64,000 nucleotides of DNA from Naegleria gruberi (lineage: Eukaryota), in assembly GCA_000004985.1 (NCBI GenBank), contig GG738929.1, one strand, 5' to 3'. Positions 1 through 11,196 of this stretch are shown here, piece by piece (positions within the stretch are counted from its first letter, which is position 1; each line of letters opens with the position of its first letter). A program made the translations under genes and the position numbers. The notes under the pieces were generated by a model, which saw nothing but the letters and a program-made list of their open reading frames with translations, was not told the origin of the DNA and did not search any database.

Positions 1-464
1 ATAATATCTTTTTGCAAATTATTATTCTTATCAGATTAAAATCAGGCTTTCTTTAGTGTAGTGTTTCCCTTAAGTGAGAATCTACAGCAATATATCCATG
101 GTGCGTTTTGGAAGAAATTCTGTTAAAAATTCTTGTACAAAGGATTCCTTAGTGAGGTTTCTTTCTTGTAGTGGTGTAAGAGTAATTGATTGGTGGAGAT
201 GTGTCATGGTGATGGAAGCAGAACATTATCAAGCCATGTTGGGGCGCATTCTCACTTCAATAATCCACTATTAATCAACTCATCAAAAAACTCAGAGTTA
301 TTTTCTGATGATTCTGGTTGCACCAATGGCAGCTTAATTTTATTCTCCAAAAGTGCAATTCGCTGCAATAAATTGTTAAGAGTTGATGGATCAAATTCCG
401 TACTATTACAAAATTTGGAAATTCATTAAAGTTTTTTCATACTAAAGTAAAAAAATAGCAAACA

Positions 465-1910
465 ATGCATCTTCTCTCCCTTCCACTAGATATTTGGCAA
501 CATTGTATTTTTGAATATTTGATTGGTCCGATTCATGAAATTAATTTTCAAACAAATGATGAAATTATGAAATTCAAGAATTTAACTTGTCCTAAAATTT
601 GGGAAGGATTGGATGTGGAAACAGTCAAATCCATTCATAAATTGTGCAAAACTATTTCCAAGAGTACTATTCAATTATTATTGGTTGAAATGGATGAGTT
701 TTGGCAGAGAGTTTCTAACATGTTGGAGATGGCTGTTTATTGGAAACGATATCAATCATTTGAGGGTTTTTCATTGGCTAGAGGTGATGTTAGTGTTGAT
801 AGTTCCATTTCCATTGTAAAAATGCAGAAATTAATAGAGGCAGTTGAGATGAATGCGAATAGAGAGTACAAGGATATTATCGATCCAAACATGTGTAGTA
901 ATAATTATTATTATGATACAGATTTAGATTTAAATGAAGTTCCAAATGATTTCTCAAATGAGGAAGTGAACAATTCATTCATAGAACGAGCTCAGAAATT
1001 AATGATTTCCAAATCAAAGTTCGAAAAAATCAAAGAATTGACTCAATTGGATCCATATGATTTATTTCTGCATAAGGCATTGATATTGTCTCTTGATATG
1101 GTTTCATATTTTGATAGCGAGAGATACAAAGGTGAAAACCATTACTATTACAGCACTTTGGAAAGATGTTGTTTAATTTCAGAAGGATTATTTACTGATA
1201 ATTTCACAGATACTAATTCTCTTGGTTTATTGATTGATTTGGAGATTGGATACTCAGCAGAGGATTTAACAGTTTTTGAAGAAATTCATCCTTGTTTTGT
1301 GGCCATTTCTATTAATTTCAATTCAAATTATCTGCACCTTACAGTACCAAAACATGCTCAATATTTATGCTTTTCTTTTGCAGATCCGTATGACAATACA
1401 GAGGAATACGAAAGCTTTTTAGAAGGTCAGGATGAGTTTCCAAACGTTCGAGATTTAACTATCAAATTTCCCAATACGCAAAATAACAAATATTTGGGTA
1501 TTGATACTGCCGATGTAGAGAATAATATCCTCTCAGCAATTACAAGAAAGAGATTTCCCAAATTATTGAGACTTTCAATTCAGGGATCTGTTTCAATGGA
1601 AAATCTTGACAATTATGGAATATTCTCTGAATTATTGTATGTGGAAATTATTAATAATAGAAGAAGAGCCGATGATTATGTCATTGTTAAATATTGGACT
1701 GAAAGGACAGTTCACTCTTTCATCAAGCAACAATTTATTGAGAAGGATTCACTGATTCATCAATTGGTTCTCTATGCCAATATTTGTAGGAATTATCCAG
1801 ATGCAGATTACAATTCCATTAAGGAATACTATGATATGAGCAAGGAAAAATTTGTACCCTGCATTGCACACTCTTCTGTCAATGAATATTATGATAGATG
1901 TTATGAGTAA
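465..1910 (+). CDS. F-box-like protein (481 aa), function unknown
   Basis: Uninterrupted ATG ORF; N-terminus 'LSLPLDIWQHCIFEYL' matches F-box consensus (LPxE(I/L)xxxI(F/L)xxL); no other recognisable domain. Confidence 0.5.
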   Translation: MHLLSLPLDIWQHCIFEYLIGPIHEINFQTNDEIMKFKNLTCPKIWEGLDVETVKSIHKLCKTISKSTIQLLLVEMDEFWQRVSNMLEMAVYWKRYQSFEGFSLARGDVSVDSSISIVKMQKLIEAVEMNANREYKDIIDPNMCSNNYYYDTDLDLNEVPNDFSNEEVNNSFIERAQKLMISKSKFEKIKELTQLDPYDLFLHKALILSLDMVSYFDSERYKGENHYYYSTLERCCLISEGLFTDNFTDTNSLGLLIDLEIGYSAEDLTVFEEIHPCFVAISINFNSNYLHLTVPKHAQYLCFSFADPYDNTEEYESFLEGQDEFPNVRDLTIKFPNTQNNKYLGIDTADVENNILSAITRKRFPKLLRLSIQGSVSMENLDNYGIFSELLYVEIINNRRRADDYVIVKYWTERTVHSFIKQQFIEKDSLIHQLVLYANICRNYPDADYNSIKEYYDMSKEKFVPCIAHSSVNEYYDRCYE

Positions 1911-2119
1911 TAGTTAATTAAATTCGAATGAATAAAAGGATTCGAGGTGATTAACAGATCATAACTCCAAAACTCAAGCTGTATTGGCAAGTTTATAATC
2001 CAAAGTTTGAGTACATGTATTGAATCCTCGTTTCCCGAGAGTAAATAGTTTGAAAATGGACACAAATTAAATGTAATTGAATGAATTCAAAAATTTAAAA
2101 GACTTTGGGTCAAAAGGGT

Positions 2120-2210
2120 AATTATCAGGGAAGGAATTGAACCTCCACCGTGTTAGACCCCTTCAACACATGCAGACCACTACAATACCTGAAATACCCC
2201 ATCAATGCTC
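2120..2210 (-). ncRNA. tRNA-like sequence, not foldable into a canonical cloverleaf by eye (possible tRNA-Sec-like gene, tRNA pseudogene or tRNA-derived element)
   Basis: Minus strand reads ...TTTCAGGTATTGTAGTGGTCTGCATGTGTTGAAGGGGTCTAACACGGTGGAGGTTCAATTCCTTCCCTGATA; perfect T-arm motif GGTTCAATTCC, Sec-like short D-arm AGTGGTCTG, 6-bp stem TGTGTT/AACACG enclosing a 10-nt loop. Confidence 0.25.
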
Positions 2211-2766
2211 CAAAAATACTGACCTAATTGACTAATGTAATTTTAGAACTGAGTTCCATTTTCTGAATTTAATAAACTTGCTATCGCCAAGCTTTTTAAG
2301 AAACTAGCAAACTCTTTTGATTCTGCTGTTCTTTCTTCGTTTATCGTTTTACTATTGACAAATTTTAAAAAGCAAATTATATTAATCAAAAATGCCAATA
2401 AACTTTGGTGAACATGTTCGAAACATTTTTCAAAATTTTAATATGAATGGTTTTATCAATTTCTTCTCACATACTATTTTAGCTTGTAGACCAGCATCTA
2501 ATTCTGTTGGAATATTTGAGCAGAAAAGTGAAACCTTGTTTTCAGTGTTATTGATAAATAATTGGATGTCAAATATTAAGGTGTGCACAATGTAAACTAT
2601 TTTTTAAAAAGTCAGTTTTGGTATAAGGACCAAAATATTCTCTGGCAGAGTAACCATAACAGTCTAATTGGTAGTCCATTTGAATAGAAATCGAAAAAAA
2701 TCAATAATTGTTTTAATAAATAATTTAATTGTTTTACAACTTTTATTTTGTTCAAATCTGATAGAT

Positions 2767-3900
2767 TTAGAAACACTTTCTGTGGACAATACCTGGGCCG
2801 GCATCCTCATATTCTTCCTTTGTGATCCACATTTGTTGGAAAGTGGACAATGAAGCCAAGATGGAACCACCAATCCAGACAGAGTACTTTCTTTCTGGTG
2901 GAGCAACAACCTTAATCTTCATGGAGGCTGGAGCCATAGCAGTCAATTCCTTGGTCATTCTTTCAGCAATACCTTCGAACATAGTAGTACCACCAGACAA
3001 GACAACGTTACCGTACAAGTCCTTTCTGATATCAATATCACATTTACCAATGGAGTTGAAAGTAGTTTCATGAACACCAGCAGCTTCCATACCAATGAAG
3101 TTTGGTTGGAACAAAACTTCTGGACATCTGAATCTTTCGTTACCGACAGTAATGACATTACCGTCTGGCAATTCGTATGACTTTTCAACAGATGATGATT
3201 CAGCAGCAACCTTCATTTCAGCTTCAAAGTCCAAAGCAATATAACAGAGCTTTTCCTTGATATCTCTGACAATTTCTCTTTCAGCAGTTGTGTTGAATGA
3301 GTAACCTCTTTCCATCAAAATCTTCATCAAGTAATCAGTCAAGTCACGACCAGCCAAATCCAATCTCAAAATGGCGTGTGGCAAAGCATAACCTTCATAG
3401 ATAGGAACAGTGTGGGAAACACCATCACCAGAGTCCAAAACAATACCAGTAGTTCTACCAGAAGCATACAAGGACAAGACAGCTTGAATGGCAACATACA
3501 TAGCTGGAACTGAGAAAGTTTCAAACATAATTTGAGTCATCTTTTCTCTGTTAGCCTTTGGATTCAAAGGAGCTTCAGTCAACAAGACTGGATGTTCTTC
3601 TGGAGCAACTCTCAATTCATTGTAGAAAGTGTGATGCCAGATCTTTTCCATATCGTCCCAATTGGTAACAATACCGTGTTCAATTGGATACTTCAAAGTC
3701 AAGATACCTCTCTTAGATTGAGCTTCATCACCAACATAGGCATCCTTGTTACCCATACCAACCATGATGGACTTTTGCTTTGGTCTACCAATAATTGAAG
3801 GGAAGACAGCTCTTGGAGCATCATCACCAGCAAAACCAGCTTTACACATACCAGAACCGTTGTCAACAACGAGGGCTTGAACGTCTTCACAGAAGGACAT
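2767..3900 (-). CDS. act: Actin (378 aa, single exon)
   Basis: Translation [36 protein letters not shown]...[40 protein letters not shown] is near-identical to conventional actins; track ORF extends upstream to 3987 but first plausible ATG is 3900-3898; strong yeast-like codon bias. Confidence 0.97.
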
Positions 3901-4468
3901 TTTGAATTTTGAGTTTTTTTTGATTTGTGTGAAAAAATGATCAGTTGCAAGATGGATTTTAAATGGTTTGTGAAAAGAATCAAACAACCAATGGATTGAT
4001 GGGATGGTTGACAGGTGAATGATGGTTAAGTCGTCAAGTGACTTACAGTAAAGATCTTGATGGCTGTAACAACACGTAAGCCATTGTAACTTGAATTACA
4101 GTTTAAATGATGCCTGTACATGAAGTGGTGACTTATCATTTCTTCACCTCAACACAACTCATCCATCAACATATGAAGTAGTACTCGCTAATGTGCACTA
4201 CCAGGAAGTGTTATTCTTTATCTGTTCCTAGAAATTATAGTAACAAGCAACATGGACCAAGATTGTTATTTTCAAATATTAAGCACCAGAAACACATCCA
4301 TGTAGTTTTACATGTAATCGATTCATCTTTAAATCGTGTTTATGGACCCGAATTTTAATATATAACTCACTGAAAAAATATAAATTGAAGATTTTGAAAC
4401 ATCAACTTGATATCTGCACCATCAATCGATTGTAGAACTTGTTGCGATATTTTACAATAAGCAAAAAA
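3901..4468. promoter_or_regulatory. Divergent intergenic region between actin (minus) and F-box gene (plus); presumed bidirectional promoter
   Basis: 568 bp separating two head-to-head start codons; no ORF support. Confidence 0.3.
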
Positions 4469-5974
4469 ATGATTTCTCTTGATCAGTTGATGGATGGCTC
4501 TCATCAGAGTAGCGAACCATTGATGAAATTGTCTTCCGATAATTGGTTGGAAATTTGTAGATATTTAAATCCATGTGATGTGTTTAGAATTTCACAGGTA
4601 AATTGTGAATTGTATGAAAAGTTTCTTCCATTTGATGAAGTTTCTCCTTTTGAGTGGACTGTACAATTGATACAGGATTGTATCACTTTACATTTTCGTA
4701 AAACTATCCAAATTAAACTATTTACTATTGAAGAGGAAGAATTATTAGAAAGGATGGCTAATGGAAAAATTGCAAATCGGAGGGAATTAATTCAATGTTT
4801 GAAATTATATTTAAAATTTAATTTTTTACTTTTGAATAGGAATAGAGGTCACGATTGGGAATTTATTATTAAATTTACTGTCAAATCAATGATTGGGAAA
4901 GATGAAACTAGTTTAGAATTGGAACTGAAATGTTATCACAAGTTGATAGATTATTTGAGGAATAATTACATCAATGAGAAATATTTATGTGATTGTGATT
5001 TATATGACGATCGTTATAGGTGTGATAAGGGAAATAATTTTACAATTTTTGAAATTTCAAAATCGAAATCTTCTATTAGTATGCCACCAATAACATGTAA
5101 TTATGAAACTTGTGCCGAAAATTATAATAGAATTCAACCATACTATGATAAGGATACTGTCTATGGTGTAATTATTCAAAATGCATTGAATAAGAGGTTT
5201 TTACATAGTGACTTTTCAACTCGACTTGTCTCCAGACAATTATTTGAATTTCAGAATAGAAAGGTTGTGTTGAGATTGAAGAAATTGAATGATTTCATTA
5301 CACCAGTTTACCCCCTAATCAATCCAACTTATGAATATTGCCACATGCCATCATCCATTCATATTACATGCGAACCATTTGATTTACAAATTTCCTTTCC
5401 AATGAAAACTCTTCTTTCGTACAGAATTCTTAAAAGTATTACCAAGGATTTGACTTTCTCATTTGCAATCCTTACCTACATTTATTGTAATTACAAAGTA
5501 TTTGGATTTTCATCATTTTATCATACCTATTCACAATATACCAATCTGTTTACAAATACAATGGCTGACTATTCACTATTCATGAAAGTATTGGGATGTA
5601 TGGGAATGACACTATTCACTCTATTTTTTTCATTTTGTGTGGCCGCGTCATTAGGAGGAGTAGTTCACTTTGTTGGAAAATATACAGATCATGGCTTTGC
5701 TTTATATTGGCTATTTATTCTTTCGAATATAGTTCTGTATTTTATGAATATTGAGGTATTTAAAGGGGTGTATCCAGCTCCTCTCACATCCATTCATGTG
5801 TACTGGCCTTCTGTAGAATTATTTCATAATTTTTTGCTGTACTTTATTGAATTTCCAAACACCCTTCTATTTATTAAGCAGGCCACTTTTTGGTCATCCC
5901 ATTTCTTTTCCGAATCAATTTCAAAAGTTTGCAAATGGTTTAATAATTTAAAAAAGAAAATTTGGTCAACTTGA
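4469..5974 (+). CDS. F-box-like protein with hydrophobic C-terminal region (501 aa from first ATG)
   Basis: Track ORF starts at TTG 4439; first ATG at 4469; 'LSSDNWLEICRYLNPCDVFRISQVNCELYE' F-box-like motif; C-terminal 150 aa contain 3-4 hydrophobic helices. Confidence 0.45.
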   Translation: MISLDQLMDGSHQSSEPLMKLSSDNWLEICRYLNPCDVFRISQVNCELYEKFLPFDEVSPFEWTVQLIQDCITLHFRKTIQIKLFTIEEEELLERMANGKIANRRELIQCLKLYLKFNFLLLNRNRGHDWEFIIKFTVKSMIGKDETSLELELKCYHKLIDYLRNNYINEKYLCDCDLYDDRYRCDKGNNFTIFEISKSKSSISMPPITCNYETCAENYNRIQPYYDKDTVYGVIIQNALNKRFLHSDFSTRLVSRQLFEFQNRKVVLRLKKLNDFITPVYPLINPTYEYCHMPSSIHITCEPFDLQISFPMKTLLSYRILKSITKDLTFSFAILTYIYCNYKVFGFSSFYHTYSQYTNLFTNTMADYSLFMKVLGCMGMTLFTLFFSFCVAASLGGVVHFVGKYTDHGFALYWLFILSNIVLYFMNIEVFKGVYPAPLTSIHVYWPSVELFHNFLLYFIEFPNTLLFIKQATFWSSHFFSESISKVCKWFNNLKKKIWST

Positions 5975-6664
5975 CATTATTTAATACAGGTTTATATGGT
6001 TATTCACAAATCTAATAACATCAAGTTTGCAAGCAATTTGATTTTATGGTGTTGATAAATTAAAAAAACATTTCTCACAAAACTTTATTCACTTCTCAAT
6101 TAACAAAGAGCAAAAATTGCCAAACTGGGGCAATTACAAAACTAATCGAGGCTCTAACTGAAACTACACATTGGTAGAAAGAATATCAGCACATACATAA
6201 ACTGAACAATCATCTACACTGTATCCAGTTGAGCATGAACAGGTATCTGTATCAGTACAAGTACCATGTCCAGAACAAGCAGATGAATTGGCAGAGTCGC
6301 TTCCCAATCATACGAATTGAGAACAAGTCTTCCTGAATAACCTGTTGAGCAAGTACAATAACATAACCATCAAAAAGCCTAAAACAACAAGGCTATAAAA
6401 TAAGTAATGACAATTATCTAGTACCAACAACTTTGAGATGTCTATTATCATCTGAATTTTCTTGTATCATTCTGGAAATAAATGAAATGTGGTATCCTAC
6501 TGTTCATCCAATACTACACAATATTTTGTAATCTCTCAACATTTACAATTTGTAAACCATTCGAACGAACTGTAAATCAATTTAAATTTGATTAATACGT
6601 AACTAGTTACCATAAACACATATTGTCCATCATCGTGTCAAATATTTTTCTAATATTAAAAAAA

Positions 6665-7363
6665 ATGCATCACCAACCAATTCTAACAAGTCCATCCATA
6701 GAGTCATCCTCTTCTTCCTCGTCGTCACACCAACAACACCACAACAGACAAAATGACCAACCAACTGCCAATATTAGAGTGATGCTAACAGGCATTGTAC
6801 CGAATTGCTTGTTGGGTAGATCGTTGACTATTAATTTATTACCGAATGGTCATAATAGTAGCAGTAACGGAATGAAGGATTTGATTGCAAAATATCTAAA
6901 TGAAACAACTGTAAAACACTTTAAATTGGAAATTCTACAAAATTTATTAGAACAAGCTGAGAAAGACTTTGGCGGTATTGAAAATGGTGCAAAATATGCT
7001 TCTGTATCAACGTTTGTCTCCCATGCAAAGCTATTGGATTTCAAATTAATCAAAATGGGTTTTCTGATGGAAAATGAAAGATCTCTCAATTACTATGTAA
7101 AATATCAAACATCCACTGTTATGAACGATGCCATGACAATTATTTCCCTTCATGCAGTTTTTCAAGATTATGCTGATTTAATGATTATGGTAGAAGAAAA
7201 GTTGCAACACGAATTGCACAATACTCAAGAAAGTCTCTATCATGACTCATTTACTATGGAGAAGAGAGGAGGTCTCCTCGATGAAGATGCAAGAGAATCC
7301 GTTGACATTGAACAGAATATTCGAGAAAATACCACCCCAAGAGGTTGCTGTACTATTTTGTAA
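6665..7363 (+). CDS. Hypothetical Ser/His-rich protein with C-terminal CaaX box (CTIL, predicted geranylgeranylation)
   Basis: ORF from first ATG; ends ...TPRGCCTIL*; no recognisable catalytic domain. Confidence 0.35.
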   Translation: MHHQPILTSPSIESSSSSSSSHQQHHNRQNDQPTANIRVMLTGIVPNCLLGRSLTINLLPNGHNSSSNGMKDLIAKYLNETTVKHFKLEILQNLLEQAEKDFGGIENGAKYASVSTFVSHAKLLDFKLIKMGFLMENERSLNYYVKYQTSTVMNDAMTIISLHAVFQDYADLMIMVEEKLQHELHNTQESLYHDSFTMEKRGGLLDEDARESVDIEQNIRENTTPRGCCTIL

Positions 7364-7740
7364 TCTAATTGATCAAGTAGAAATATATATATTTATCTAT
7401 CTCTATTGATTCGAAATTGATCAATTAGATGAAGGTAAAAAGTGCTTGCTTCTGAAAGAGGTCACAACTTGCAAGCAACGATCAAACCTATGATGGTGCT
7501 CTAAAGTAATCATTCATCGATTGATACTGCCTACCACACTAACTCACTTTTCTACACTATAGAGTAAACTATTTGTGCAATGTCATAGAATAGATACAAA
7601 GGACCCATGGGAAAATGAGATCAAGTCAAGGTTCAAATTGTATCCAGTGCCTAAAAGGATCACCCTTATTTTTCACAAAAAAATAAAACTCTAAGGTTGT
7701 ACATTTAACGGCAACTCTCAACAATACTACTAGTAACAAA

Positions 7741-8513
7741 ATGCCTATTAAATATGCTCTGATTACAGATGGTGTAAATCTTTTAGGGGATGGACCAAAG
7801 GAAGACTTGGATCTTTCTAAACTCATCATGGAAAAGATTGTGAGAAAGGTTTCAAAGGATACCTTAGAAAAGAGAACACTTACCTCCGACGAGTAAGTAC
7901 ATTGAATTGTTCAGTAATTAATAACCATTTAAAAGATTGGAAATTCACTACAAGAAGAGTGGAGAATATATTTATTTCTGTGTAGCCTCAAATGATACTA
8001 AGAAGAGAGTTTGTTGGGCATTCATCGATGAAGTGGAAGGAGCCTTCTCTCAAAGTAATAATAAGAGACAAGCATCAGGAAATAGAAAGATTATTAAAGC
8101 AAAGATTGTATGTAGTAACAACTCACTCTATGAAGAAATATTAACCAATTTCTTTGATTAAAAATCACGATTTGAAATTATAGGATAAATGGAATGACCC
8201 AAATGCTGATAAGATCACTGCCTTACAAGATAAATTAGAAACAGTTAAGGAAAGTATGGTTGAAAATATTGATAAAGTATTGGAAAGAGGAGAAAAGTTT
8301 GAAACTCTCTATGAAAAATCAGATGAAATGCTCGTTGAAGCCAATGAATTCAAGAGAGGAACTGTTAAACTCAAAAATAAGATGATTTGGAGATTGATTG
8401 TTATCATTGTCATCATTATTATCATTTTAATTGTAATTATAATTATTGCTATTTTGGCTGGTTGTGGATTCCCAACATTTGAAAGATGTGGAGGTGGTTC
8501 TTCAAAACAATAA
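7741..8513 (+). CDS. VAMP7: Longin-type R-SNARE, VAMP7-like (3 exons)
   Basis: Exons approx 7741-7892, 7936-8107, 8184-8513 (donors GTAAGT, GTATGT; phases 2/0). Protein MPIKYALITDGVNLLGDG...LEIHYKKSGEYIYFCVASNDTKKRVCWAFIDEVEGAF (longin domain) ...DKWNDPNADKITALQDKLETVKESMVENIDKVLERGEKFETLYEKSDEMLVEANEFKRGTVKLKNKMIWRLIVIIVIIIIILIV (SNARE motif with central R plus TM) aligns along human VAMP7. Confidence 0.8.
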
Positions 8514-8530
8514 AAAACCAACTTGAAAAA

Positions 8531-10432
8531 ATGTCTCACAGAAGAAACTGTGTCAAATTGTTGAATAATTTATTTCACCAACACACAAAAATCTCCAATA
8601 ACAGAGTATTTGTTAATAATTATTGCTCATCAAAACTTGGATTAATTTCCGAGCAAAGAAATAATTATCATACTACATTTTGTAACTTATTCCATGCTGC
8701 TAAACCTTCCCATGAGGAGCACAAGGCTCTCCAACAAGTTAAATCACTAGAATCTAAATTTGAAGAATTATTACAGAAAAAGATTTCCAATGAAAAGTCA
8801 ACAGTGACCAATAATTTAGATGCTCAAAATTTAGTACTCTCTACAAATAATTTATATGACCTGGTATTGGAGCATTGGGATGATGAGAGCAAGAGTTCTT
8901 CCGAAGAGGAATTAACAATTATTTACAAGCTTGCTAAATTGAAAGTTAGACTCTTACTTAGGGACTTCTACAAATTGGATGTCAGCCCAACTCAACTCTG
9001 TGAAGAAGTACTAGAGGAGTGTCATAAATTGGCTCATGAGAGACCATACCTGATTGAAATTATTAAAGAGGAATTGACTGAAAAGAAGGAAATTGAAAAA
9101 TATCAGAAGGGAGATCCTTCAATCGAGTTTCCAACTGTTGAAGGTTTTGACTTGGAATCAAAAGATATCAAATGGTTGAAATATTTTGTTTATGATAGGT
9201 TTAAAAACAATAGAATCGGAGCAATCAGAACAAAAAAGACCATCATTTATAAGGAATTGGAAGATTTGATAGATACTGGTCTCAACTCATCTTTTGAGTT
9301 AGGACCTCAAGTAGCAAAAGAAGACTATTTCATTTTTGCATTCTATCAAGTAGTACATTTCTTTAGTAGAATGGATGAGGATTCATTTGAAAAGATTGAA
9401 AAGATTGTTAGAGTGTGGGATAAATCTTGGAAGGAGGAAATGAAGGACTTTACATTCTTGGATTGGGAAACTGGTGTACCATTAAGATTGGATTCTTGTA
9501 TGACCACACTCAAATCATTTATTGTTGGATTCAAAGGAGATGATGATGCAGATCATGATAGAGCTAGAAAATTAGCCCTTTCAGCCCAAAAGATGGATCC
9601 AAACAATTTTTATGTTTTCACTCTTGATTTTGGAACTGAAGCTGACTCTTACATGAAGAATATCTTAAAAACTGAAAGAATTATTTTGGAAAAGGGACAA
9701 GTTAAATCGTTACAACAATTGAGATTCTTCCCTCTCCTTTATAATAAGGCTAATATTCTCTTTTCCACTGCTGCAATGATTCAAGATCAGAAGAGAATCA
9801 AATTTGCTAAACAAGCTCTTGATGCTCTCACTGTTTCCTTCAACAGTCTTCATGTACCAATGGATCCAAGTGAAGTGCAAACTATGGCCGATTGTAAATT
9901 CATGATGGGAGATGCAGAGGCAGCTTTTAAACTTTACATGGAGTTTTTCGAAGTTCAATTCACCTCAGGTACACCTCACATTGTGCACGCAGTTGAAGTT
10001 TGTTCAACAACTATGGCTGCATTTTCATTGAGGGATAATGCAATCACATCACTTGATAGATATTGCCGACTTTTGCCAGAAGAATATACCACCTCTCTCA
10101 AACTCCACCTAATTTCTATTCTAATTGGAGTTAATCAAGCAGTTACAAAATCTACTCAAATGCAACAAGCACCACCTCCTCAAACACCTCAAAAGCTCTA
10201 CAAGGGAAACACTCTCAAAGAGGAATTAGAGTGGTGCAAGAAGGAAATGGTCAAAATCAAGAAGAATAATCGAAACATTCTCGAATCAGACCCTGGAATT
10301 AGACGTTTCTTTGATGATACACAAAATGCATTGGAAGAAAAGGTAGCCAAGTTAGGTATTTCTGTACCCAAACTAAAGCCTACATTGAAGGCTACAACAA
10401 GCAAATTGCTTTTTGAAAAAAAGAAGAAATAA
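8531..10432 (+). CDS. Hypothetical protein (633 aa) with basic N-terminal presequence-like segment
   Basis: Long single ORF; first ATG 8531 (track start 8486 lies inside the VAMP7 last exon in another frame); no domain recognised. Confidence 0.5.
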   Translation: MSHRRNCVKLLNNLFHQHTKISNNRVFVNNYCSSKLGLISEQRNNYHTTFCNLFHAAKPSHEEHKALQQVKSLESKFEELLQKKISNEKSTVTNNLDAQNLVLSTNNLYDLVLEHWDDESKSSSEEELTIIYKLAKLKVRLLLRDFYKLDVSPTQLCEEVLEECHKLAHERPYLIEIIKEELTEKKEIEKYQKGDPSIEFPTVEGFDLESKDIKWLKYFVYDRFKNNRIGAIRTKKTIIYKELEDLIDTGLNSSFELGPQVAKEDYFIFAFYQVVHFFSRMDEDSFEKIEKIVRVWDKSWKEEMKDFTFLDWETGVPLRLDSCMTTLKSFIVGFKGDDDADHDRARKLALSAQKMDPNNFYVFTLDFGTEADSYMKNILKTERIILEKGQVKSLQQLRFFPLLYNKANILFSTAAMIQDQKRIKFAKQALDALTVSFNSLHVPMDPSEVQTMADCKFMMGDAEAAFKLYMEFFEVQFTSGTPHIVHAVEVCSTTMAAFSLRDNAITSLDRYCRLLPEEYTTSLKLHLISILIGVNQAVTKSTQMQQAPPPQTPQKLYKGNTLKEELEWCKKEMVKIKKNNRNILESDPGIRRFFDDTQNALEEKVAKLGISVPKLKPTLKATTSKLLFEKKKK

Positions 10433-11196
10433 TTATTTCCAAACAAATGCTTTAAATTCATTGTACTGTGCAGTTCAGAATATTGTATCTGCAATGCAGA
10501 AATAGCAGAAATAAATTATCAACACACATGAATTAAGGACGAAATTAAGGAGAGTTTTTTTAATGACTTAACGCTTTAAGAATCTTCTTGTTACCAACTC
10601 TCGTTTTTACAAGCCTCCTTTCAAATGATATCCGATTGAAATCATTCCCCAACATTTTACAACTCCAATATTAGAAACATTTTGTCCTATAATAAGATCT
10701 CTTATTTTTGGAGAGCTGGGTTTCTTATTATAGATATATAAAATTGCTTGATGCGATCACAAATGAATTGTTCTTCATCCTGAGTGATGATCGTTGTTAA
10801 TATTTTGAAACAGCCAATGGTCCTCTCCAACAGATTCGTAAGACACCTCACTCCAAGTTATGAGAGATAATCTTCACCACAAACCAGCAGCAACGTTATC
10901 AATTCCCCTCAAAAAAAGCCAAAAACGCAAGAACTTTACTTCGACACAATCATAAAAAATAAGAAGGAGGTCCAGCATCAAACAACAACACGTAAACATT
11001 TCTTTGGCTCCTTGCTTTCATAACAACACCAACATTATAACATCTCTAAACATCAACAACAAAGATTGGAATACGGTTTAAAGATTTTTACTTTAATACA
11101 AATAATACAATAGGGATCTTGGAAATAGTAGTAGACAAGTACAAAGAAATACATAATATATTATAAAAAAACATCATCAAACACAACATCAACAAC

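Noticed and set aside
74-429. Short ORFs at the window start, and a minus-strand 48-codon ORF with an AATAG acceptor-like site
   Set aside because: No homology, and no room for upstream exons before the F-box gene at 465. Could be the tail of a gene that starts outside the window, but it is unsupported.
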